A stretch of DNA of 64,000 nt, from NCBI GenBank assembly GCA_050251945.1, contig JBFWLW010000005.1:128001-192000 (forward strand), written 5' to 3'. Below are positions 54,466 through 63,127 of the stretch, in pieces (position 1 is the stretch's first letter; each line of letters starts with the position of its first letter). The notes under the pieces are model-generated. The model searched no databases, had not been told where the DNA came from, and saw only the letters and a program-made list of their open reading frames with translations. Source of the stretch: Deferribacterales bacterium. Its GTDB lineage: Bacteria > Chrysiogenota > Deferribacteres > Deferribacterales > Geovibrionaceae. The translations under genes and the position numbers were made by a program.

Positions 54466-56517
54466 ATGATAGAAAAGGTAAGCAAACGCGACGGACGGTT
54501 CGTTTCGTTTGACGCGGAACGAATAGCCAACGCCATCTATAAGGCGGCGAAGGCTGTCGGCGGTACCGACAGGAATACGTCGTCTGCTCTGTCCATAAAA
54601 GTGTGCCGGAATATCACAGACAAATACGGTCAGTATGGCACAGTGTCCGTTGAAGAGATTCAGGACGAAGTGGAAAAGGTGCTGATCGAGCAGGGGCATG
54701 CGAAGACCGCGAAAGCCTACATCCTTTACAGGAAGCAGAGAGCCGAAATGCGCGATATCAAAGAGGCGTTCGGCGGGCTGGAATCCATCGTTGAGGAGTA
54801 TCTGGGCGGAAGCGACTGGCGCGTTAACGAGAACAGCAACACGACCTATGCCCTGCAGGGACTCAATAACTATATCTCGTCAAAGATTACGGCTAAATAC
54901 TGGCTGAACAAGATATACCCGCAAAACGTCCAGCAGGCGCACGTTAATGGTGAATACCACATCCACGACCTTGGTCTTTTGGCTGTGTACTGCTGCGGCT
55001 GGGACCTGAAAGACCTTCTTACACGCGGTTTCGGCGGCGTTCACGGAAAGGTGGAGAGCAAACCGCCCAAACATCTGCGTTCCGCCATGGGGCAGATAGT
55101 CAATTTCTTTTACACGCTTCAGGGCGAGGCGGCGGGTGCACAGGCTTTTTCCAACTTCGACACGCTCCTTGCCCCGTTTATAGCGTATGACAACCTGACT
55201 TATGCCGAAGTGAAACAGGCGATGCAGGAGTTCATATTCAATCTGAACGTGCCCACGCGCGTGGGATTTCAGACTCCTTTCACCAACCTGACCATGGACT
55301 TATATGTTCCGAAGGCTTTCCGCAACGAAGCGGTGGTCATAGGCGGCGTTCCTCAGGAACGCACCTACGGCGAGTTTCAGGACGAACTTTTCATGTTCAA
55401 CCGCGCCTTCATTGAGGTTATGCAGGAGGGCGACGCGAAGGGCAGGGTATTCACTTTCCCGATCCCGACTTACAACGTTGACAAGGATTTCGACTGGAGT
55501 AATCCCATTGTTACCGAGCTTATGAAGATCACCGCGAAATACGGCACTCCGTACTTTGCCAACTTCGTAAACAGTGACATGAGTCCTGACGACGCGAGAA
55601 GCATGTGCTGTCGTCTGAGACTGGACAACAGAGAGCTTCGCAAACGCGGCGGCGGTTTGTTCGGTGCTAATCCGCTGACGGGTTCCATTGGTGTCGTGAC
55701 GATAAATCTGCCCAGAATAGGCTACACGTCGGGCAATGAAGCGGAATTTTTCAGCAAACTTTCAAACCTTATGGAGCTTGCCAGAGAGGGTCTGAAGATA
55801 AAAAGAAAATCTCTGGAAAAGCTTACATCGAACGGTTTGTATCCTTACAGCAAATATTATCTGTCTGATATTTACGAACGCAACGGGGAATACTGGAAGA
55901 ATCATTTCAATACAATCGGTATAATCGGGATGAACGAATGTCTGCTGAATTTCCTCGGCGTTGGTATCCTGAACCAGCAGGGACTTGAATTCTCCGTGAA
56001 GGTTCTGAATTTCATGCGTGACAAACTCGTCGATTTTCAGGATGAGGACGACATGCTGTACAACCTTGAGGCAACACCCGCCGAAGGAACTTCCTACAGG
56101 CTGGCGAAAAAAGATTTTGCAGACTTCGGCGATATAGTGACATCAGGATCGGCAGAGAGACCCTATTACACCAACTCCACACAGCTTCCGGTGGAACAGA
56201 CCAGAGATCTTTTCAAAGCTCTGTCCCATCAGGATAAATTGCAGCCGCTCTATACCGGAGGCACTGTATTCCACGTCTTTCTCGGCGAGGCGGTGGACAG
56301 ACCTGAGACCGTTTCAAAACTGCTGGAAAACATAACGCAGAGCTATGCAATGCCCTATATAACCATAACGCCAACTTTTTCCGTATGTCCCATACATGGT
56401 TATATCAAAGGCGAGCATAAAGAATGTCCGCTTTGCGAAGAAGAAAAAAAACATGAGATAAGTCTTCAGATTGAAAGACTTAAGAACCAAATAGAACAGG
56501 AGGTATCTAATGGATAA
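54466..56517 (+). CDS. nrdD: Anaerobic (class III) ribonucleotide reductase large subunit, ATP cone, lacking glycyl-radical C-terminus
   Basis: VSKRDG ATP cone, HIHDL, RSMCCRL, EATPAEG, YYTNST, CPIHGY..CPLC Zn site; no RVxGY motif before the stop. Confidence 0.93.
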   Translation: MIEKVSKRDGRFVSFDAERIANAIYKAAKAVGGTDRNTSSALSIKVCRNITDKYGQYGTVSVEEIQDEVEKVLIEQGHAKTAKAYILYRKQRAEMRDIKEAFGGLESIVEEYLGGSDWRVNENSNTTYALQGLNNYISSKITAKYWLNKIYPQNVQQAHVNGEYHIHDLGLLAVYCCGWDLKDLLTRGFGGVHGKVESKPPKHLRSAMGQIVNFFYTLQGEAAGAQAFSNFDTLLAPFIAYDNLTYAEVKQAMQEFIFNLNVPTRVGFQTPFTNLTMDLYVPKAFRNEAVVIGGVPQERTYGEFQDELFMFNRAFIEVMQEGDAKGRVFTFPIPTYNVDKDFDWSNPIVTELMKITAKYGTPYFANFVNSDMSPDDARSMCCRLRLDNRELRKRGGGLFGANPLTGSIGVVTINLPRIGYTSGNEAEFFSKLSNLMELAREGLKIKRKSLEKLTSNGLYPYSKYYLSDIYERNGEYWKNHFNTIGIIGMNECLLNFLGVGILNQQGLEFSVKVLNFMRDKLVDFQDEDDMLYNLEATPAEGTSYRLAKKDFADFGDIVTSGSAERPYYTNSTQLPVEQTRDLFKALSHQDKLQPLYTGGTVFHVFLGEAVDRPETVSKLLENITQSYAMPYITITPTFSVCPIHGYIKGEHKECPLCEEEKKHEISLQIERLKNQIEQEVSNG

Positions 56518-56677
56518 GAAAGAAGAACTGCAAAAACTGGAAACTGAGCTGGACAGCGTGAAGGGTACGCCCTGTGACGTTTACAGCCGCGTGGTAGGTT
56601 ACCACAGCCCCGTTAAACAATGGAACGAGGGCAAGAAAGAGGAATTTGAACACAGAGAGACCTTTCAGGTTAAATAA
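56510..56677 (+). CDS. Stand-alone NrdD glycyl-radical domain (55 aa, not in ORF track)
   Basis: CAGGAGGT SD; MDKKEELQKLETELDSVKGTPCDVYSRVVGYHSPVKQWNEGKKEEFEHRETFQVK*; stop overlaps the nrdG ATG. Confidence 0.9.
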   Translation: MDKKEELQKLETELDSVKGTPCDVYSRVVGYHSPVKQWNEGKKEEFEHRETFQVK

Positions 56678-57354
56678 TGACAGAATATGACTTTTTTCTT
56701 GCAGATTATCAGCATGTGAGCCTGGTGGAATACCCGGGAAAAATCTCATCCATAGCTTTCACCCACGGGTGCAACATAAGATGCAGATATTGCCACAATC
56801 CTTCCCTTGCTGTCGGCAGAAAGGGGTCAAATAAGCTGGCTGATTTTCTTAACTACCTGAATGGTAAGGATATCGAGGCCGTCGCCGTAACAGGCGGCGA
56901 GCCTCTTTTTTCAAAAAATCTGCATCTGTTTCTTGAAGACCTTAAATTAAGAGGGCTTGCGGTGAAGCTGGACACCAACGGGTTTCTGCCTGTCAAATTG
57001 GCAAAAATACTTGACGCAGGACTCGCGGATTACGTCGCAGTTGATCTGAAATCTTTTTCACCGGAAGACCTTAAGAGTATCGTAAGGACACCGCACAAAC
57101 AGGATTCTTTCTATAAGACAGTTGAGGCGCTTAAGATATTCGGAGTACCCTTCGAGGTGCGGCATACCATGTGGAAGATGCCCCTTGAGGCTGATGTCGC
57201 CGCTGTCGCTGAATATATCGGCGATGCGCCTTTTTATGTTCAGACGCTTCGGGATACGCGTATGCTGGATAAGTCTTTCAAACCGGAGATTTTTGACCGA
57301 AGCGGTGCAGTAAAGCTCATTGAAAAATATGTTAAGAACGTCAGAGTACGTTAA
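56677..57354 (+). CDS. nrdG: Class III RNR activating radical-SAM enzyme
   Basis: SLVEYPG, CNIRCRYCHNP, TGGEP, KLDTNG. Confidence 0.92.
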   Translation: MTEYDFFLADYQHVSLVEYPGKISSIAFTHGCNIRCRYCHNPSLAVGRKGSNKLADFLNYLNGKDIEAVAVTGGEPLFSKNLHLFLEDLKLRGLAVKLDTNGFLPVKLAKILDAGLADYVAVDLKSFSPEDLKSIVRTPHKQDSFYKTVEALKIFGVPFEVRHTMWKMPLEADVAAVAEYIGDAPFYVQTLRDTRMLDKSFKPEIFDRSGAVKLIEKYVKNVRVR

Positions 57355-57393
57355 GCCTGCTTTCTACTCATCTTCGGTGCATTTCTCTCTTCC

Positions 57394-57616
57394 GTCTTTG
57401 CGAGGGCAAAGCCCGAAGCAATCTGAATCTTATGATACCATTCAACGCTGTATGATTATTGAAGATGGCAGATCGCGTCGTCATGTTATTCCTCGCGAAG
57501 ACAGAAAACATGCGGCTCTGAGCTGAATTGAATCACCAACATCTAAACATAAAGTTTTTAAGACGAGCTTTCTTTTCTCACGTCTCAGCGAGCCGATGTA
57601 ACCGGCGCGGCAGTCT
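57394..57616. repeat. Three REP-like units
   Basis: 57394-57424 (+), 57470-57502 (-), 57582-57616 (+). Confidence 0.75.
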
Positions 57617-57624
57617 CATATTCA

Positions 57625-58899
57625 TTAAATTCCGGCTATCTGCTGTGCTGTTTCCGTTGCGTAATTGTCTGTCATACCTGAAATATAATCGGTCACTCTG
57701 TGCAGAGCCTCAAAAACGGTTTCGTCTTTTACGGGCGCGTGGTCGCCCATTATCTTTATGATATGCTGTGTTTTGTCGCTTGACTCAATTTTTGTAATGT
57801 GGTCGTATGCCGCCTCACAGAAGGTTTCCAGAAGTATCCCAAGGATATTATACGCTCCGACCTCAAGTACCAGCTTGCGCCTGTTATTGTAGATAAGCTC
57901 ACTGCTGATTTTTTTTATTCCGGATACCTCTTCGCTGAAAGCCGACTTTTCAAGAAGGTTGTGTTTATACGGGAGAGAGCCGTCTATTATTGCATCTTCG
58001 TTTTTGATAAATTCGCTGACAACGGCGTTGACACAGTTATTTATTGCGATAGCCCTGAGATATGCGATTATTTCTTTGTCCGTTTTGCCTGAAAGTTTGT
58101 CGTCCGTTTTTTTGCATATGCTGTTGAGCAGTTCCTTTACTTCCGCAAACCGCAGAATGCCCATTTCGTATGCGTCTTCAAGGTCGATTATGCTGTAACA
58201 GATGTCGTCAGCCGCTTCGGAAAGATAGGCAAGGGGGTGGCGGCAGTAAATGCCGTCTGTGCCGTTCAGCCCTGTTTTTGCGGCGATATCGTCCAGTATC
58301 TCCCTTTCGCTGCTGAAACAGCAGAATTTTTTGATGTTTTCCTGATATATCCACGGGTATTTCATCATAGCGGTTATGACGGCGTATGTAGGACGCAGTC
58401 CTCCGCTGTCTCTGTACATTGCTGTCCGCGTCATGATTCTGAATGCCTGAGCATTGCCCTCGAAATGTGTGAAATCATTTATTTGGGATTCGGATAAGGA
58501 ATCGAAATATTTGCTGCCGCGTTCTTCAAACCATTTTCCGATGATGGTTTCGCCCATATGACCGAAGGGCGGGTTGCCTATGTCGTGTGCCAGACATGCC
58601 GCCTGAACTATCTGTCCGACGCGGTCTGATGTCATGTGCGGCGGAAGGTCTTTTATCTGCGCGCCGACAAGGGTGCCGAGGCTTCTGCCAACGCATGAAA
58701 CTTCGAGGCTGTGGGGGAGGCGGGAGTGTACGTTGTCGTTGCTGCGCATGGGGTGAACCTGTGTTTTGCGATCCAGTCTGCGGAAGGAGTCGGAGAAGAT
58801 TATCCGGTCGAAATCTACGCTGAAAGGATTTCGCGCGTCGTCGAACTCCCTTTCGTTTTCGTTCAGTCTGTTATAGTTAAGCAGCTTGTTCCACTGCAT
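57625..58899 (-). CDS. dgt: dGTP triphosphohydrolase (HD family)
   Basis: FRRLDRKTQV, HSLEV, LAHDIGNPPFGH, FEGNAQ, EAADDICY, SGMTD. Confidence 0.92.
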   Translation of the reverse strand: MQWNKLLNYNRLNENEREFDDARNPFSVDFDRIIFSDSFRRLDRKTQVHPMRSNDNVHSRLPHSLEVSCVGRSLGTLVGAQIKDLPPHMTSDRVGQIVQAACLAHDIGNPPFGHMGETIIGKWFEERGSKYFDSLSESQINDFTHFEGNAQAFRIMTRTAMYRDSGGLRPTYAVITAMMKYPWIYQENIKKFCCFSSEREILDDIAAKTGLNGTDGIYCRHPLAYLSEAADDICYSIIDLEDAYEMGILRFAEVKELLNSICKKTDDKLSGKTDKEIIAYLRAIAINNCVNAVVSEFIKNEDAIIDGSLPYKHNLLEKSAFSEEVSGIKKISSELIYNNRRKLVLEVGAYNILGILLETFCEAAYDHITKIESSDKTQHIIKIMGDHAPVKDETVFEALHRVTDYISGMTDNYATETAQQIAGI

Positions 58900-58902
58900 C
58901 TG

Positions 58903-60300
58903 TTATCCTGCTATAGCTTTAAACTCGGCATCGTTGGCAAAGCTTTCAAAGTCTTTATCAGTGCGGGCTTTTTTTGCGTAGTCAGGTGAAAGTTCGATAG
59001 CTTTTTTCAGGTTTTTCAGCGCGCCTTCGCGTTTGCCCAGAATTGCATACAGACAGGCGGCATTGTACATGGATTCGTGTTTGTCGGGTTTTGCCGCGAT
59101 GGCTTTTTCAAACGCCGCAAGTGCCTCTTCCTGTTTGTTCAGCCTGCCCAGAGCCAAGCCGAGGTTATGGAGCGCCTCGTGGAAATCCGGTTTAAGGTCT
59201 GCCGCTTTCTGAAAAGCTTCCGCCGCTTTTTCCGTTTCGCCCGAAACAATGTAGGCGTGAGCCAGATTGTTCCATACAGCCGCATCGTCCGGTTTTATAG
59301 ATGCCGCTTTTTCAAGTGCAGATGCCGCTTCTGAGTATCTTCTCAGTTTAAGGCATGTGCTGCCGTATGTTGACTGGAAAGTATCGTTTTCCGGTTCTAT
59401 CATGCAGGCTTTCGCCAGATTTTCGGCAGCTAAGTCATATTTTTTATTCAGATAGGCTATGTAGCCTGTCATATACCATGCGGCGGCGAAATCGGAGTCG
59501 TCCTTTCTGATATGCTCGAAAAGGGTGTTCGCCTCTGTGTAATTCTTTTCATTAAGTCTTTCGACACCGAGAAGATAAAGTTCTTCCGGAGAGAGTTTGC
59601 TTCCAGCTTTATCCAGAAACAGTATTTCGTCTGTTATTTCGGACAGGACGTTCTTCTGTACGCTGGTCAGTCTGACTGCTTTGTCTGCGTCGAACAGATA
59701 GCGGTTTTCGCCTATTTTAACGGCAAGTTTCGCGGCTACAGCGCCGACAGCAGTCAGTATGGGGTTTTCCGCGTCGTCCACGGAGGTCTGAACAGGTTTA
59801 AAACCCGATATCATCAGGCTCTGCGCTACGAATTTTTTTATGCTCACATAGCCCATTATCATTATTACAGTGAATAGTACGAAGACCGCGAGAAGTCCGA
59901 TAAGTACCTGATAGAATTCGTTTCTGTACCACTGCTCTTTTTTGTTGACCGCGGCGAGAACAAGCGTTACGTCGTTCTCAAGCTGTTTGCTGAGCTGGTC
60001 TATACGCGCGATAACCTCTTTGTTGTTTGAAGAGCGCGCTATTATTGAAAGTTTTTTACCTATTGATTTTTCAAGTGCGACAACGCTTGTGTAGACGTCT
60101 GTATTCGCCATGTCAGGTTCTTCCGGCACAAGGTTTACGCCGGAATCTGGCATCTGAAACGCTGGTGTTTCAGGTTGTGCCGCTTTGTTGAGCTGAACAG
60201 GCAGTTCCGTGGGCTTTTTGCCGGTATAAAAATTGACTGAATACGAAACGGCAAGAGCCACTGTAAGTATGATAAGAATTAAAGTGAATATGTTTCTCAT
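58903..60300 (-). CDS. Membrane-anchored TPR protein
   Basis: Two hydrophobic segments, multiple TPR repeats (AVWNNLAHAY, ALHNLGLAL, YNAACLYA), terminal ARTDKDF. Confidence 0.85.
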   Translation of the reverse strand: MRNIFTLILIILTVALAVSYSVNFYTGKKPTELPVQLNKAAQPETPAFQMPDSGVNLVPEEPDMANTDVYTSVVALEKSIGKKLSIIARSSNNKEVIARIDQLSKQLENDVTLVLAAVNKKEQWYRNEFYQVLIGLLAVFVLFTVIMIMGYVSIKKFVAQSLMISGFKPVQTSVDDAENPILTAVGAVAAKLAVKIGENRYLFDADKAVRLTSVQKNVLSEITDEILFLDKAGSKLSPEELYLLGVERLNEKNYTEANTLFEHIRKDDSDFAAAWYMTGYIAYLNKKYDLAAENLAKACMIEPENDTFQSTYGSTCLKLRRYSEAASALEKAASIKPDDAAVWNNLAHAYIVSGETEKAAEAFQKAADLKPDFHEALHNLGLALGRLNKQEEALAAFEKAIAAKPDKHESMYNAACLYAILGKREGALKNLKKAIELSPDYAKKARTDKDFESFANDAEFKAIAG

Positions 60301-60405
60301 GGATGAATTTTAGCATCGGATTAAGTGTAGGTCTACAAAAATCTGCTGGGTTCGGTTCTATTCTAATTTATTGACAACTGTGTATAAATGATGTAATTAG
60401 GTTTC

Positions 60406-60597
60406 ATGGAACTTCTTGAAAAACTGGATGTTTTAAGTAGTAAGATAGACAGTCTGGTGTCCGAGCTTAAAAGAGAAAAGGACAGATGTTCCCTCTTTGA
60501 GTCCGAGAATATCCGCCTGAAAGAGGAAAATCGTCAGCTTTCGGAACAGAAAGACGCCGTTCGCGAGCGTATAGAAAATCTGATCGGCAGACTATAA
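60406..60597 (+). CDS. zapB: ZapB-like short coiled-coil cell division protein
   Basis: 63-aa coiled coil ending ERIENLIGRL directly before zapA. Confidence 0.65.
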   Translation: MELLEKLDVLSSKIDSLVSELKREKDRCSLFESENIRLKEENRQLSEQKDAVRERIENLIGRL

Positions 60598-60616
60598 AAG
60601 CAATAGAGGTGCAAAA

Positions 60617-60880
60617 GTGCCTGTCTATGAACATAAGGTCAATATAAACGGTTTGCAGTACCCGCTGGTAACAGACAGAGACAAAGACTTTGTGGACAAA
60701 GCTACCGATCTTTTGCAGAACCGTATGAACGAGATAAAGAATAAGGTCAACGTGCTTGACACCCAAAAGCTCGCCGTTATGGCGGCGCTTACTCTGTCTG
60801 CGCAATACCTTGACCTGAAAGAAGCGGCTGATGCCGCGGACGTTGTCCTTGATGATCTTTTGAGAAAGGCTGACGTCTGA
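60617..60880 (+). CDS. zapA: Cell division protein ZapA
   Basis: VNINGLQY, KLAVMAAL; GAGGTG SD; synteny with 6S RNA. Confidence 0.85.
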   Translation: MPVYEHKVNINGLQYPLVTDRDKDFVDKATDLLQNRMNEIKNKVNVLDTQKLAVMAALTLSAQYLDLKEAADAADVVLDDLLRKADV

Positions 60881-60889
60881 AAATATAAA

Positions 60890-60956
60890 AGGCACAGGAT
60901 GTGCCTCGCGGATTCAGATTTTTGTGATTTATTGCAAAAATCTGAAATAGCGTGAG
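60890..60956. other. Two hairpins after zapA
   Basis: AGGCACA-gga-TGTGCCT and TTCAGATTTTTG…CAAAAATCTGAA (60913-60946). Confidence 0.55.
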
Positions 60957-60964
60957 CAAAGACG

Positions 60965-61041
60965 AGGCTTTGCCTGTCTCTGCGTTCCTCGAGAAGACAA
61001 AACATGTCTCTGCGAGGAAGCTGATGCTGACGAAGCAGTCT
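60965..61041. repeat. REP-like doublet (first unit degenerate)
   Basis: …TTCCTCGAGAAGAC + GTCTCTGCGAGG…CGAAGCAGTCT. Confidence 0.65.
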
Positions 61042-61061
61042 CATTGAATTAAAAATCTAAG

Positions 61062-61240
61062 GATGCCCCTGCTGTGTTCGTGTATCATATGAAAATTGGA
61101 GCCAATACTCCAGAAAAGGGGGATGATACTGATTGCGGTGTGCAAGCCCGCCATGAGCAGGAAGCCTGATGCGTCGTGATTCCTCCGCCCTGATGAACAG
61201 GGCTACAATTGGATTATGTTAACGGCATGAGCGGGGGCTT
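61062..61240 (+). ncRNA. ssrS: 6S RNA
   Basis: ~180 nt; GCCCCTGCT pairs with AGCGGGGGC; CCCTGCTGTGTTCG, GAGCC, GCGGTGTGCA, GAAGCCT motifs; zapA…5-FTHF cyclo-ligase-rny context. Confidence 0.85.
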
Positions 61241-61374
61241 TTATACCTTTTTTGTCATAAAGTTTTAAACATATCATTGCTCTATTCTGATGATGTGCTA
61301 ATATAATAATCAAAGACACATGAATGTGTCTTGTGAGGAAAGTTTTTTACCGCCCGTTAGGGGTTTATACATAA

Positions 61375-62607
61375 ATGAGAATACTGGAAGAGTTAAGACC
61401 AAAGGTCTTTGACGATATAGCCGGACAGGATCATCTGTTGGGTGCAGATTCCGTATTTCGTAAGATGGCAGAAGACGGCGGGTTCGACTCGATAATCCTT
61501 ATCGGTCCACCCGGGACAGGAAAGACCACCTTGGCAGAAATAATCGGAAACCATTTACAGATGCCTTTTGTCAGTCTCCACGCGGCCACGGCGGGCGCGG
61601 CGGAAATCAAGCAGGTTATGGAGTCTGCGGGCACCAGAGGCAAGACGCTGGTTTTTCTGGATGAACTGCACAGGTTCAACAAAAGTCAGCAGGTTCTTCT
61701 TTTGGGTCTGATAGATTCCGGACACGCAAAGCTGATCGGAGCTTCCACAGAAAACCCCTATCACAATTTAATACACCCTCTGCGTTCGCGCAGTTTTGTC
61801 TTTGAACTTCAAAGGCTTGACCGCAATGCATTTGCGCAGATGTTCGCAAGGGCGTACGAGTATTTTAAAAAGCGGTATAACGCTGTTGATGTCATTCTGT
61901 CTGACGTGGACCTTGACAGGCTCATTCAGGCATCTGACGGTGACGGACGGCGTTTTTACAGTCTTCTGGAGCTGTCCGCAGTGGGCGGAAAGTTTGTCGG
62001 TGACGTTCTGCATCTCAATGTAAAAGAGGCTGCACAGCACACCGCATCCGGAAGGTATAACACCGACGAGCATTACAATATGCTTTCGGCGATGATTAAA
62101 AGCATAAGGGGAACAGACCCCGATTCCGCGCTTTTGTGGGCATTTTCGCTCCTTAAAAGCGGCATGGAGCCGGAGGCGATTTTCCGCAGACTGCTTATAA
62201 GCGCATCGGAGGACGTAGGCAGTGCCTTTCCCGATGCCGTGACGTTTGCGCACGCAGGCTATGAAAACTTCATGGCGGTGGGCAGACCCGAAGGGGATAT
62301 CATCCTCGCCCATGTTGTGACATTCCTTGCCGGATGCCCCAAGAGCAACCGGAGCTATATGTCCATGCACATGGTGAAAGAGTATCTTGAAGAGAACACG
62401 CCGGCGGTGCCGGAACCTTTACGGACGAACGGGCAGGGGTATGTTTATCCGTTCGATCGCGGCGGGTTCGTTAAACAGGAATACGGAGCAACGGAAAAGG
62501 TCTTTTATGACCCTTCCGACGCGGGATTTGAAAGCAAAATAGCCGAAAGGCTGAGAAAACTTCATGCGGGTGTCAAGGAATATGGAAAAGGCAAAGGTCA
62601 GAAGTGA
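61375..62607 (+). CDS. rarA: Replication-associated recombination protein A (MgsA/RarA)
   Basis: LRP, GPPGTGKT, LDELHRFNKSQQ, STENP, SAMIKSIRGTDPD, SEDVG, PKSN. Confidence 0.92.
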   Translation: MRILEELRPKVFDDIAGQDHLLGADSVFRKMAEDGGFDSIILIGPPGTGKTTLAEIIGNHLQMPFVSLHAATAGAAEIKQVMESAGTRGKTLVFLDELHRFNKSQQVLLLGLIDSGHAKLIGASTENPYHNLIHPLRSRSFVFELQRLDRNAFAQMFARAYEYFKKRYNAVDVILSDVDLDRLIQASDGDGRRFYSLLELSAVGGKFVGDVLHLNVKEAAQHTASGRYNTDEHYNMLSAMIKSIRGTDPDSALLWAFSLLKSGMEPEAIFRRLLISASEDVGSAFPDAVTFAHAGYENFMAVGRPEGDIILAHVVTFLAGCPKSNRSYMSMHMVKEYLEENTPAVPEPLRTNGQGYVYPFDRGGFVKQEYGATEKVFYDPSDAGFESKIAERLRKLHAGVKEYGKGKGQK

Positions 62608-63127
62608 GGCACTTGCCCGACGGAAAAACCTTGATCCGGCATATGCAGAGAGAGCTTCCAGAAGCATAACGGAGCGCTTTCTTACCATGTTTCAGGCGTT
62701 TGACAGTTTTTTGCTGTATGTCAGCTTCAAAGGCGAAGTTGACACGGCGGAACTTATAAATGCCTTATACGGAATGAAAAAGGCGGTTTATCTGCCCTGC
62801 GTGCGCGGGGACGGTATAGAGCTTGGGCTTTATAAAGGTGAAAACAGCCTTATCTGCGGTGCATACGGAATCTGTGAGCCTGCCGAATGTACCGATTACG
62901 AATCCATAGACGTTGCCGCGGTACCGGGCGTTGCCTTTGATAAAAGGCTTATCCGGGTTGGCTGGGGCAAAGGTTATTATGACAGGCTCCTTGCGGCGGG
63001 CAGAATACGCAAAGCCGTGGGTCTGGCTTTCCGGTGTCAGCTTTTTGACACCATCGAAGCAGAACCGCACGACATACCATGCGACATGCTCGTCACCGAA
63101 ACTGACATATACAGGAGGAACAGCTAA
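62582..63127 (+). CDS. 5-formyltetrahydrofolate cyclo-ligase
   Basis: GEVDT, YGICEP, VPGVAFD..RVGWGKGYYDR, EPHD. Confidence 0.92.
   Translation: MEKAKVRSEALARRKNLDPAYAERASRSITERFLTMFQAFDSFLLYVSFKGEVDTAELINALYGMKKAVYLPCVRGDGIELGLYKGENSLICGAYGICEPAECTDYESIDVAAVPGVAFDKRLIRVGWGKGYYDRLLAAGRIRKAVGLAFRCQLFDTIEAEPHDIPCDMLVTETDIYRRNS

Noticed and set aside
56490..56520. Programmed frameshift or pseudogene explanation for the nrdD split
   Set aside because: No slippery heptamer seen; the downstream ORF has its own SD, ATG and a distinct N-terminal helix.
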